Virus record (IMG/VR): IMGVR_UViG_3300008113_000019
Coordinates: 1-64,000 of that record
Source: a virus
Lineage: Duplodnaviria > Caudoviricetes
Direction: 5' to 3' (one strand)
DNA: 64,000 nucleotides
In this document: positions 54,229-62,805 of the stretch, one piece after another
Layout: the number at the start of each line of letters is the position of its first letter
Position numbering within the stretch: the stretch's first letter is position 1
Program-made: the position numbers and the translations under genes
The notes under the pieces: generated by a model
The model's database searches: none
Told to the model about the DNA's origin: nothing
The model's input: only the letters and a program-made list of their open reading frames with translations

Positions 54229-55509
54229 CTATTTAGTAGGCCTTGGCATTTCACCGCCATACCCATCTTTCACAATCTCAAGCGCTTGCATATATTCTGC
54301 ACCTTCATTAAAGGAAAGAATATGGCGACACTTAGTTACTAGGTAGTTACCTGCTAGCATTTCATTGCTCTCAACAAATGGTCTTTCCTCACCGAGCGTT
54401 AGTGCAGTGTGTTCAGGAATATCACATGTGATCACATCGCCGATTGTAAGTGTGCTGTCACCATACACGGTGATGTGTGCAACAGTATTAAAAAGAAACG
54501 AAAGATAATATGGTCGAAGCGACTTTGCTTCGGCTTGTTCAACAGTTTCAACCGATGGATCAAAATAAACTAATTCGATTCTGCCTTCATCTTTCGAAAG
54601 TTCTTTCTTTGATGTCAAGTTCTGACTCAATGATCCTTTGTTCAAAGAAACAAATTCTATCTTAGATGAATCTGTTGTAAACGGTTCGATCTCGCCGGTA
54701 ATTATATTCTTTCTCTTAATTAAAACTTTACCGCCGCCCAGCAATCGTGTTACGTTTTGGTTTCCGGACTGAATCACCTTCAACCCAAGAATATTTCTCC
54801 ATCGAGATCCAGTAACAGATACGTCGGCCAGAGCTACTTGAGTGAAATACTTGTCACCAATCTTTTTCTTTCCATCATCAATCAAACCTTCGAAGGTTTT
54901 AAAGTGATAGCCTTTACTGTTTTCATAGAATAAGAAACAGTGTCCATTGTACTTGCTGGACATAGACTTAAGTCTTATTTGATCAATTGCTTCAAATGGA
55001 GTCAGCTCAGTAAAATTACAAGCTTGAAGCCCACGCGTTTTTTCAAAGAAATACTTCTTGTCTGTTTCTACAAGCTGTAAGAGAGCATCAACAATAGTTT
55101 CGCTTTCAATTTTTTTCCTTACAAGAGGAATGTTTTTGATTTGTGTTGATTTGATTGCTTCTTTAGATACACAAGTAAGTTTGTATATGATACCTTTGTC
55201 ATCTGGTAATGTTTCTGCCGGGTCAACAGAAATAGGATATAAAGTATATTTTACACTTGCGTCATCGTTATCTTCATATGTAGTGAACTCAATATTAATA
55301 CGTTGTTCTAAAAAGTTAAAGTGGTTAAAGATTCCTACTTTATCAGTAATAATAAATTCTGCAACGACTGTTGGTTCTAGAACACTCTCATAAATGTCGG
55401 CTCTCGCACAATACGGTGCAAGTTTAAGTGTTTTACAATCGATAGGTGTAGTGAGTTCAAACGTTTTTAGTTTAAACTTTCCTTCACGCATTACAACATT
55501 TGAACTCAT
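54229..55509 (-). CDS. Baseplate hub protein (gp27-like)
   Basis: IYESVLEP, FLFYENSKGYHFKT, VYGDSTLTIGDVI, LAGNYLVTKCRH; between gp53 and gp5. Confidence 0.65.
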   Translation of the reverse strand: MSSNVVMREGKFKLKTFELTTPIDCKTLKLAPYCARADIYESVLEPTVVAEFIITDKVGIFNHFNFLEQRINIEFTTYEDNDDASVKYTLYPISVDPAETLPDDKGIIYKLTCVSKEAIKSTQIKNIPLVRKKIESETIVDALLQLVETDKKYFFEKTRGLQACNFTELTPFEAIDQIRLKSMSSKYNGHCFLFYENSKGYHFKTFEGLIDDGKKKIGDKYFTQVALADVSVTGSRWRNILGLKVIQSGNQNVTRLLGGGKVLIKRKNIITGEIEPFTTDSSKIEFVSLNKGSLSQNLTSKKELSKDEGRIELVYFDPSVETVEQAEAKSLRPYYLSFLFNTVAHITVYGDSTLTIGDVITCDIPEHTALTLGEERPFVESNEMLAGNYLVTKCRHILSFNEGAEYMQALEIVKDGYGGEMPRPTK

Positions 55510-56336
55510 GATTTAAGTTGCTCTATAAACAATTTTTCTACTTCCGGAAGATACGATTTTTTGATGAGATTGATGTATCTCTTCAGTTCGTTTTTTTCTT
55601 GCTCATAATCATAAGCACTTACCCTACTCCAAAAAGCATTTTCTGTCGTTGGGATATTAACTTTGAGTGTGTTTATTTCTAATAGACCTTCACCAACAGA
55701 AACTTCAAACTCTTCTTCTACGTGCTGGACGATGACAGAATTTCTTGTAGTATCGATAGAAACAACTGTTGCCCGTGCTTCAGTAGATGACTGAGATATA
55801 ATATCACCAGCATCAAAAGCAGCGACATTGGCCGATAAGACTAACTCTAAAATTTTATTAGTACTTACTGTCCAGTCTTCTTTCACTCTTTCATAGCCAG
55901 CAATTTGATTGTTAGCACCAAGGCGTGGTTTCCAATATTTTTTGATTGAAGCTTCAAGAGATTCATAAGTGGCTTCTGTGATTAAGCTTTCGTCTGCAGC
56001 CCAATCGTTTCTATAAAATAAAGTTTTTTCTCTAGCTGATGCCAGTGTTCCATACTTTCCAATAATGTATTTTTCAAAATCGTCTGCGCTCAAATAATAA
56101 TCATGGTATGGATCTATAACGCTATTTGAAAGATAGATCATCCAGTCATATTGTGATGAGTCGTAGTATGTGTAAGAAAGAAAATCAGGCCGAATCAAAT
56201 CGTCTTGAATCACATAATCAAAATTTGAATAGATGTCTCTCTTCGCTTCGTCTGTAAAGTCAACACGTGCTAAAATGTTTTTAGCAGGAGCACCATTATA
56301 ATCTACAAGAGGAAATCTCGAAAAATATCTAGACAT
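55506..56336 (-). CDS. 53: Baseplate wedge protein (gp53-like)
   Basis: YFSRFPLVDY, RPDFLSYTYYDSSQYDWMI, YDYEQEKNELKRYINLI. Confidence 0.85.
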   Translation of the reverse strand: MSRYFSRFPLVDYNGAPAKNILARVDFTDEAKRDIYSNFDYVIQDDLIRPDFLSYTYYDSSQYDWMIYLSNSVIDPYHDYYLSADDFEKYIIGKYGTLASAREKTLFYRNDWAADESLITEATYESLEASIKKYWKPRLGANNQIAGYERVKEDWTVSTNKILELVLSANVAAFDAGDIISQSSTEARATVVSIDTTRNSVIVQHVEEEFEVSVGEGLLEINTLKVNIPTTENAFWSRVSAYDYEQEKNELKRYINLIKKSYLPEVEKLFIEQLKS

Positions 56337-57583
56337 TATTGGTTAGCCTTATCTGCTGCTGCGCTGGCTGTGTTTATTAATTTGGTTCCATAATCTACTG
56401 CTTCGCTAATTGCACCGGTCAATCCTGGAAACTTTTCACTTGCCGCGCCTTTTAACTCTTCATAGATTTTGGTTGCTTGGTCATTGCGTTCACCAACTTT
56501 TGTTCCATAATCATATGCAGTTTGAATTTCTGTTTCCATAAAGTCAATTGAAATTTGAATAAACGTTGGCTGTTTAGTTCCTCTAAAGAATGCTGGCAAC
56601 CCCTGTGGAGAATAGTTTACAGAAATATTTTGAATCAAGCATGGTTTGAATACAATAAGATCTTCTCCATTTTTCTTCCATGGATACAATTCAAGATCGA
56701 CCAGAGGCGGATATTGAAGAGCAGCTGTGCCAAGATTGCTAAAAGCAGGAAGTGAATACTTTTTCAGTTCATAGATAATTTGCTGAAGTTGTCGACTCTC
56801 AAGAGCATTTCTTGGCGAAAATGTCCACTGAAAACTGTGTGTTCTCATTTGAACACCGGAGAAAATTGCTTGCAAGTGAGGATTCGGAACTGCTCCGCCA
56901 AACTGACCAAGTAGATCTCCGTACTGGCCAGCCATTTGAACACCTTGTGCATACGCCAGCGCAGCGAGTTGATTCTTAGCTCTGTCTCCTCCACCTTCAC
57001 CGCCTCTAAAGATATCAGTACCGATGTCAGCCAATCCGCCAGCTAAAACACCAGTCCCCTTTGGATCAATATTATTTGCAAACTGTTCTTTTAGTTCTCG
57101 AGGAACCGGAAGAATAAAATTCTTAAGCGCTTTACGAACCGCAACGGTTTGTGGACTTGGTCTAGAGTATTCTGTAAACTTCATAAGCATATAATATTCG
57201 CCAACATCTGGCGGAAATTGAAGGAGACCTTCGTTTGCTTGAACTTTACTATTAATCGATCGTTGCGCATCAACCACAGTTTCAGCACCGCGGTTCAGGA
57301 TATTATCCACGCAGTCTCTTGAAGAAACTCTATTCTGTTCTGCCGTAGATGTTCCAAAGAATCTATCGGCCTGACCAACAGAGAACGCGTCTCCAAATCT
57401 TGCAGAAAGCTCGCCGGCGATATTATCAGAAAGACCAACTTTTTTAAGGCCTTTTGCAAATGCATCTTCTACAGCATTTTCTAGTTTCTGCTCTACTTTA
57501 TTCACAACACTATCAACTAGCCGGTTAGCAATACCACCTAGGTCTTTTTTGAAGTTGTTAATATTGAGTTTGATAAGGGCCAT
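56336..57583 (-). CDS. 48: Baseplate tail-tube cap (gp48-like)
   Basis: NPHLQAIFSGVQMRTHSFQWTFSPRNALES, CLIQNISVNYSP, ISIDFMETEI. Confidence 0.8.
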   Translation of the reverse strand: MALIKLNINNFKKDLGGIANRLVDSVVNKVEQKLENAVEDAFAKGLKKVGLSDNIAGELSARFGDAFSVGQADRFFGTSTAEQNRVSSRDCVDNILNRGAETVVDAQRSINSKVQANEGLLQFPPDVGEYYMLMKFTEYSRPSPQTVAVRKALKNFILPVPRELKEQFANNIDPKGTGVLAGGLADIGTDIFRGGEGGGDRAKNQLAALAYAQGVQMAGQYGDLLGQFGGAVPNPHLQAIFSGVQMRTHSFQWTFSPRNALESRQLQQIIYELKKYSLPAFSNLGTAALQYPPLVDLELYPWKKNGEDLIVFKPCLIQNISVNYSPQGLPAFFRGTKQPTFIQISIDFMETEIQTAYDYGTKVGERNDQATKIYEELKGAASEKFPGLTGAISEAVDYGTKLINTASAAADKANQ

Positions 57584-57611
57584 CAGCTTCTCTTTTTAAA
57601 AGTTCTCTCTT

Positions 57612-57623
57612 TATTTATAAATA
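57612..57623. promoter_or_regulatory. Overlapping divergent late promoters (palindrome TATTTATAAATA)
   Basis: TATAAATA on - (57612-57619) toward gp48 and on + (57616-57623) toward gp4. Confidence 0.8.
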
Positions 57624-57628
57624 GAATC

Positions 57629-58069
57629 ATGGCATACAAAGGCTTTTTCAAACCATTGAACCCTTCAAAGTATAGAGGCGATCCCACGAACATTGTTTAC
57701 CGTTCGAGATGGGAACTCGTTTACATGTCTCGATTAGATAAAGATCCAAACATAGTCGAATGGGCAAGTGAGGAACACGTAATTCCTTATCGCTCTCCTA
57801 TCGACAATCGAATACACAGATACTTTGTCGACTTTTATATTAAAAAGAAAATGCCAAACGGCAAGACGAAGTGTGCACTGATCGAAATCAAGCCAAAGCA
57901 TCAGACTGTCCCACCGAAGGTAATAAATAAACCAAACAAGCGTTATATCAACGAAGTGATGACGTGGGGCGTAAACGAAGCCAAATGGAAAGCAGCCACA
58001 GAATTCTGTAAAGACCGTGGCTGGGATTTCGAGATACTAACAGAAGATCATCTTAATCTAAAGTTTTAG
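57629..58069 (+). CDS. 4: Head completion nuclease (gp4-like, TnsA-like fold)
   Basis: YKGFFKPLNPSKYRGDPTNIVYRSRWE, WASEE..IPYRSPID..HRYFVDF, IEIKP, NEAKWKAA. Confidence 0.92.
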   Translation: MAYKGFFKPLNPSKYRGDPTNIVYRSRWELVYMSRLDKDPNIVEWASEEHVIPYRSPIDNRIHRYFVDFYIKKKMPNGKTKCALIEIKPKHQTVPPKVINKPNKRYINEVMTWGVNEAKWKAATEFCKDRGWDFEILTEDHLNLKF

Positions 58070-58424
58070 ATGGATATATCCAAGTCCATGAACCATCTGG
58101 TCTTGTATATTTTTTTCTGCCTTTACATGTTTCAGACATTTTTTTCTTAGATTCTTCGTTTCTTTTCCAATTTTTGCCTAATGCACCGCTTGGCCGACCG
58201 GTTCGGCTTTTGCTCATTTTTTCTCTAGAGCTTTTGGTGTGCCTTTTACCATACATATTATTTAAATGGCCAGATTGGTCATTGTATTTTCCAAGTGGCT
58301 CTATTTGCTTACAAAATTCTTCATATGTTAAGTCAAAAACATATTCAGGCGTATTAAAGGCACGATTTTGCGCCTCAACGTCTGCAGACTTGAGATACTC
58401 GTAAAGTTCTTTATAAATATTCAT
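58053..58424 (-). CDS. NUMOD3-type DNA-binding protein (homing-endonuclease-derived, no recognisable nuclease domain)
   Basis: NNMYGKRHTKSSREKMSKSRTG and RNEESKKKMSETCKG (NUMOD3 repeats); no GIY-YIG or HNH motif seen; antisense insertion between gp4 and gp2. Confidence 0.7.
   Translation of the reverse strand: MNIYKELYEYLKSADVEAQNRAFNTPEYVFDLTYEEFCKQIEPLGKYNDQSGHLNNMYGKRHTKSSREKMSKSRTGRPSGALGKNWKRNEESKKKMSETCKGRKKYTRPDGSWTWIYPSKTLD
58412..58419 (+). promoter_or_regulatory. Late promoter TATAAATA facing gp2
   Basis: Exact consensus inside the 5' end of the antisense NUMOD3 gene. Confidence 0.5.
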
Positions 58425-58489
58425 ATGCTGATTCCCCTCACAGAATTAGAGTAGTTGGGATGGCGGTCCGCGAACTACAATTATTTATA
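58425..58489 (-). promoter_or_regulatory. Late promoter (58482-58489) plus structured 5' leader of the NUMOD3 gene
   Basis: TATAAATA, then a GTAGTT/AACTAC stem enclosing a GGA/TCC hairpin, then an ATTC/GAAT hairpin over the GAGGGG Shine-Dalgarno. Confidence 0.6.
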
Positions 58490-58505
58490 TTTACAAAGGT
58501 TTAAA

Positions 58506-59105
58506 GTGGCAACTATATTTGATACAATCATTACTCAAGGCGTTCGTTCCGGACAAATTCCGGCTCGGACACAGGGAGCACGCGATTGGTTTCGTGAAAC
58601 AGCCGGTAAGATGAGAACTGTCAACGAACGTACGATGATGAAGGGCGATCAAAGCCGATTGACAAATCGCCCGATCGTTGGCTCGATGTACATGTTCAAT
58701 TATGATCCAAAGTGGAAAGAGGAACTACCGTACTATGACAGGTTTCCTCTGGTCTTTCCATTTCGTAAAGTTCCTGGTGGATTCTATGGAATCAACCTTC
58801 ACTATCTTCCACCACAGCTCAGAGCAAAGTTAATGGATGCTCTGTATGATTATGCCAACAACACTCGTTATGACGAGTCAACCAAGATCAAATTAAACTA
58901 TCAGCTTCTCACGAGCATTGCAAAGATGCGATTCTTTGCTCCTTGTGTAAAGCACTATCTAGATGAGCATGTACGTTCACGTTTCATGTATGTGTATCCT
59001 TCTGAGTGGGACATTGCTCTCTTCTTACCAACAGAACGTTTTGCCAAGAAGTCAAAGACTCAGGTATGGAACGATTCAAAGAGAATGCTAGGGATTAGAA
59101 AGTAA
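58506..59105 (+). CDS. 2: DNA end protector (gp2-like)
   Basis: GSMYMFNYDPKWKEELPYYDRFPLV, GINLHYLPP, PCVKHYL, EWDIALFLPTERF; start moved to GTG 58506. Confidence 0.9.
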   Translation: MATIFDTIITQGVRSGQIPARTQGARDWFRETAGKMRTVNERTMMKGDQSRLTNRPIVGSMYMFNYDPKWKEELPYYDRFPLVFPFRKVPGGFYGINLHYLPPQLRAKLMDALYDYANNTRYDESTKIKLNYQLLTSIAKMRFFAPCVKHYLDEHVRSRFMYVYPSEWDIALFLPTERFAKKSKTQVWNDSKRMLGIRK

Positions 59106-60079
59106 TGTCTGAGGCACCACAGAACGAAGAAACAAAAGCTACAGCCGAGTTTAGAACTGATCCGTTTGTCCTAGAAGACGAGATCCTCGTTACTGGCGGA
59201 AGAAAAAGCTTCAACATCGCCAATTTTAGATCAGAACTGAATAAAAACGAAGTTTTGCCGTCACACAGTTATCTGGTGACATTTGCTCCGTTCAGACTGG
59301 GGTCTGAAGCAAATGCTCCACTATCAGAATTTGTAAGGTATAATTCTAATAAGTTAATTTTCCGTTGTGAATCTGTTATACTTCCGACCATACAAGTTTT
59401 AGAAGAAGAAAACATTAGACGATATGGATATGGCCCAGTAGAAAAAGTTCCGTATGGAATGCAGTTTAACGATTTGACTCTTACTTGGCTAGTCGATAAA
59501 AGATCCGAACTAATTGACTTCTTCCATCAGTGGATGAATACAATTGTATTGTATGAAACTTCCGGAATTAGCAGTTTAAAAAATGTAAGTGATCGCCCAG
59601 GATTAAACAACTACCTTGGCTATGAAGTAGGATACAAGGACGAATATACTTGTCCTAACGTACGTATTAGAGTTTATGATCGTGAGTTAAATACGGTTAC
59701 TGAGTATATTCTTTATGATGTGTTTCCAATGAATATTCAATCTCAAAATTTGGCTTGGACACAAGAAAACGAAGTACAAAAGCTTACTGTGACATTTGCA
59801 TTTACTAATATGACGACACTTACTCCGCGAGCACTAAACGGAAAACTAGAAACAGTCCTTGAAGCACAAGCTGCAGCCGACGCAGCTGCATCAGCTGCAG
59901 AAAAACAAAAGCAAAAGAAAAACAAAAAAGACTATAGTCGCCGTGTTGGATTGAATCCTCAAAATTCTATAGGAGCAACTTCACCAGACGCTATAAACAA
60001 CCGAGCACAAAAATCTACAGGCGCAAGCAATTTAACCGGAACAATAACTACTAAAAATCTTAGTGGAACTGAAATTTAA
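59105..60079 (+). CDS. Tail tube initiator / tube-like protein (gp54/gp19-like)
   Basis: FRCESVILP, YGPVEKVPY, FFHQWMNTI, YKDEY, LYDVFPMNI, KLTVTFAF. Confidence 0.75.
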   Translation: MSEAPQNEETKATAEFRTDPFVLEDEILVTGGRKSFNIANFRSELNKNEVLPSHSYLVTFAPFRLGSEANAPLSEFVRYNSNKLIFRCESVILPTIQVLEEENIRRYGYGPVEKVPYGMQFNDLTLTWLVDKRSELIDFFHQWMNTIVLYETSGISSLKNVSDRPGLNNYLGYEVGYKDEYTCPNVRIRVYDRELNTVTEYILYDVFPMNIQSQNLAWTQENEVQKLTVTFAFTNMTTLTPRALNGKLETVLEAQAAADAAASAAEKQKQKKNKKDYSRRVGLNPQNSIGATSPDAINNRAQKSTGASNLTGTITTKNLSGTEI

Positions 60080-60098
60080 TTAATGGAGTATTTTTGAA

Positions 60099-60806
60099 AT
60101 GACTTTGCCAAAAATTGATCAACCTCTTTTTGATGCTGTAATTCCTTCGACTCAGCAAAAAGTTATGTTTAGACCATTCCTAGTAAAGGAAGAGAAAATC
60201 TTGCTGGTTGCTCAGCAGAGTGGAAACGATTCTGAAATTATTAGGGCAATCAAGCAAATTCTTGGAAACTGTATTCAGAGTGAAGTGAATATCGATAATC
60301 TTGCTATCTTTGACTTAGAATATTTGTTCTTAAAGTTGAGATCGCGATCGGTGAATAACATCATCAAGCTATCTTATAAAGATACTGAAGACGAAAAGAT
60401 TTATGATTTTGAATTAAATCTGGATGATGTAGAAGTAAGTATGCCAGATCAAGTAAATTCTAAGATTGAAATTAATGATGACGTAGGAATGATGATGCGG
60501 TACCCTACTGCAGACATCACCGATAAAATGGGCAATATCACAAACGAGGTAGAGCTCATGACCTTCTTCATTGTCAATTGCATCGACGTGATCTACGACG
60601 CGGACAATGTATATCCAGCAACAGATTATTCAGAGAAAGAAATTTCTGAGTTCCTAGATAACTTGGACGTCTCGACGTTTGAAAAGATCAGAAAGTTCTT
60701 TGAAAGCATTCCAAGACTTCATCACACTATCAAGTATAAAAATTCCCTAGGGAATGATAGGGAGATTGAGTTAACAAATCTCAAGGATTTTTTTATGTGG
60801 GGCTGA
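60099..60806 (+). CDS. 26: Baseplate hub assembly/chaperone protein (gp26-like)
   Basis: LPKIDQP, FRPFLVKEEKILL, FDLEYLFLKLRSRSV, MRYPT, KFFESIPRLHH, LKDFF. Confidence 0.85.
   Translation: MTLPKIDQPLFDAVIPSTQQKVMFRPFLVKEEKILLVAQQSGNDSEIIRAIKQILGNCIQSEVNIDNLAIFDLEYLFLKLRSRSVNNIIKLSYKDTEDEKIYDFELNLDDVEVSMPDQVNSKIEINDDVGMMMRYPTADITDKMGNITNEVELMTFFIVNCIDVIYDADNVYPATDYSEKEISEFLDNLDVSTFEKIRKFFESIPRLHHTIKYKNSLGNDREIELTNLKDFFMWG
60788..60794 (+). other. Candidate -1 ribosomal frameshift heptamer T TTT TTT
   Basis: In the gp26 frame GAT TTT TTT ATG TGG GGC TGA; the -1 frame is the open gp51-like frame. Confidence 0.6.
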
Positions 60807-60979
60807 GCCATACAAACCTAGCAAGATACTACTCGATGGTATTTTCTCTGGCTCAGCATCATAAATATTCTATTACAGAGATTGAAAATTTGATTCCTTA
60901 TGAAAGAGATCTTTATGTCGATATGCTCATGGAATTTTTAGATAAGCAGAGACAAGAAATAGAGAGTAGAAAGAAGTAA
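60797..60979 (+). CDS. gp51-like hub assembly protein (possibly the frameshift extension of gp26)
   Basis: LSHTNLARYY..FSLAQHHKYSITEIENLIPYERDLYVDML; overlaps the gp26 end in the -1 frame. Confidence 0.75.
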   Translation: MGLSHTNLARYYSMVFSLAQHHKYSITEIENLIPYERDLYVDMLMEFLDKQRQEIESRKK

Positions 60980-62805
60980 TGGCAGGATTATTAGACGCCG
61001 TACAAGGTGCTCTTACAGGCGGATCTAAAGCAGTAACTGGCCTGGCGTCGGGTGTTTCTGCTATGCTCTCTTCAAAAGATAAGATAAGCCAAGAAAACTC
61101 GAATGTAATTTATGCTAGTTTCGGATTGGCCGGTACCGCCGCCAAACAGCGGGTTTCCGGGTCTGGAACACTACCAGCGGCTCAGGCTAAAAGCACGTAC
61201 AAAGCAAAAACGAATGATACTGAAAAGCTTCTGACCGATGTTGTGAAGTATTTAGTATCAATCAACGGTACTCTAAAGAAGCAAATTGACTTTGACAGAA
61301 GAGTATATGAAGAAAATGCTCTTGCTGCCAGAGAAGCAAAAGTTGAACAAAACAGTACGTTCGAAGAACTTGGAAAGCGATACGGTGCAGCAAACGATAA
61401 CCAAAAACCCGGTGGCGGCATCGTAGCCGGTATTCTAAGTGCGCTTGGCAGTCTTGGAAAATTAGGACTAGATGCATTACTCAAGGGGTTGGTCACAGCC
61501 TTTGAAGCGTTTTCTTCAGCCTGGAAATGGCTACGAGGAATTTCTTTCTTAAAGAATATAAAGAGTTTATTAGGACTTGCACGAGCACTTCCGATCGGAC
61601 CAATTGCCGCTGCGCTGGCCGCGGCTGGTGCTATTGTGTGGGGTGTTGACAAGTTCATGAAAAATACTGCGATGGAACCGTTGCAGGCAAGAAAAGAATT
61701 GGAACAGATGTATGGCATGAAACCGGTTCTTGATGAATCTGGCAGATGGACTACAGGCTATACTCTTCCCGATGGCAAAACATATAAACCAAACGCGCTT
61801 CCTTCAAAATACCAAGATATTTTAAATGCGTATGGTCCTGGCGATAAAAGAAACGCCGCTGCTGTTGAAGCAACAAAAAGAATACAAGCAGATCCTGGGG
61901 CCTATGAACCATCTAAGATGGCTGAAGAGTTAAAGGGAGGACAACAAGTTGCTGCACCTACTCCATCAGGAACTCAATCAGCCTCTACAGCTGGCCAGTC
62001 GCCATACGATGTCGTATTGGGTTATGGCAAATTTGGAAAACCAGAAGACTACTTCAATGGTAGAAAGCTATCACAACTTACTGTTGCCGAGGCATTATGG
62101 TTCGGAAGAAACGTTTTAATTCCTAATTCTGGAAGTATGAATTCTAGTGCCATGGGCGCTTATCAAATTGTGTCAAAAACACTACAAGGTCTGGTTGATC
62201 AAGGCGTAGTTAAATTAACTGATACTTTTAATGCGGCAACACAAGATAAAGCTGCTAAGGCGATTTATGATCAAGCCAATAAAGCAGGTACTCTAAATAA
62301 GCAATGGGCTTACTATATTCCGTCATATGGAGGTACAGGACAAAGATCCGATCCTCGTTCTTTTGAAGAAGCAAGAATGGATATCCTGAAAAAGGAAGGA
62401 ACTCTTAAAGGAACTAATAGTGTTCCAATGAGTCCAGCTGCTTCATCTGATAGTCCATTACAACAAGCTGCTGATACTGCTGCAGATGCTGCCGATAAAA
62501 TGTTAACAAGCGTCGCCGAGTTTATTGGAACTCTTGGCGGGAAAATCTTAGGCCCAGGGAAAGTAAGAAATCTTACTACAACCGGACCAGATTTTGCAAA
62601 ACTCATTTCTGAAGAGTCTAGTAAAATTCAAAATCAAATTGCGATGGGTGAGAAAAAGACTAACACCGCAGCTGCCAATATACCGCCGGCTGCTCGTGCT
62701 TTAAAGTCTATTTCTCCAAACGGATCTATTTCTGTTGTTGATCCAAACTATCCTGGTACTGGCGGGATTGAAAAATATCTCGGGCACTATAGACTGGCAT
62801 CATAA
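60979..62805 (+). CDS. Tape-measure-like/ejected protein with a lambda-R-type lysozyme/lytic transglycosylase domain
   Basis: Coiled coil, hydrophobic segments, then YDVVLGYG, SSAMGAYQIV, FNAATQDKAA, QWAYYIP motifs. Confidence 0.6.
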   Translation: MAGLLDAVQGALTGGSKAVTGLASGVSAMLSSKDKISQENSNVIYASFGLAGTAAKQRVSGSGTLPAAQAKSTYKAKTNDTEKLLTDVVKYLVSINGTLKKQIDFDRRVYEENALAAREAKVEQNSTFEELGKRYGAANDNQKPGGGIVAGILSALGSLGKLGLDALLKGLVTAFEAFSSAWKWLRGISFLKNIKSLLGLARALPIGPIAAALAAAGAIVWGVDKFMKNTAMEPLQARKELEQMYGMKPVLDESGRWTTGYTLPDGKTYKPNALPSKYQDILNAYGPGDKRNAAAVEATKRIQADPGAYEPSKMAEELKGGQQVAAPTPSGTQSASTAGQSPYDVVLGYGKFGKPEDYFNGRKLSQLTVAEALWFGRNVLIPNSGSMNSSAMGAYQIVSKTLQGLVDQGVVKLTDTFNAATQDKAAKAIYDQANKAGTLNKQWAYYIPSYGGTGQRSDPRSFEEARMDILKKEGTLKGTNSVPMSPAASSDSPLQQAADTAADAADKMLTSVAEFIGTLGGKILGPGKVRNLTTTGPDFAKLISEESSKIQNQIAMGEKKTNTAAANIPPAARALKSISPNGSISVVDPNYPGTGGIEKYLGHYRLAS

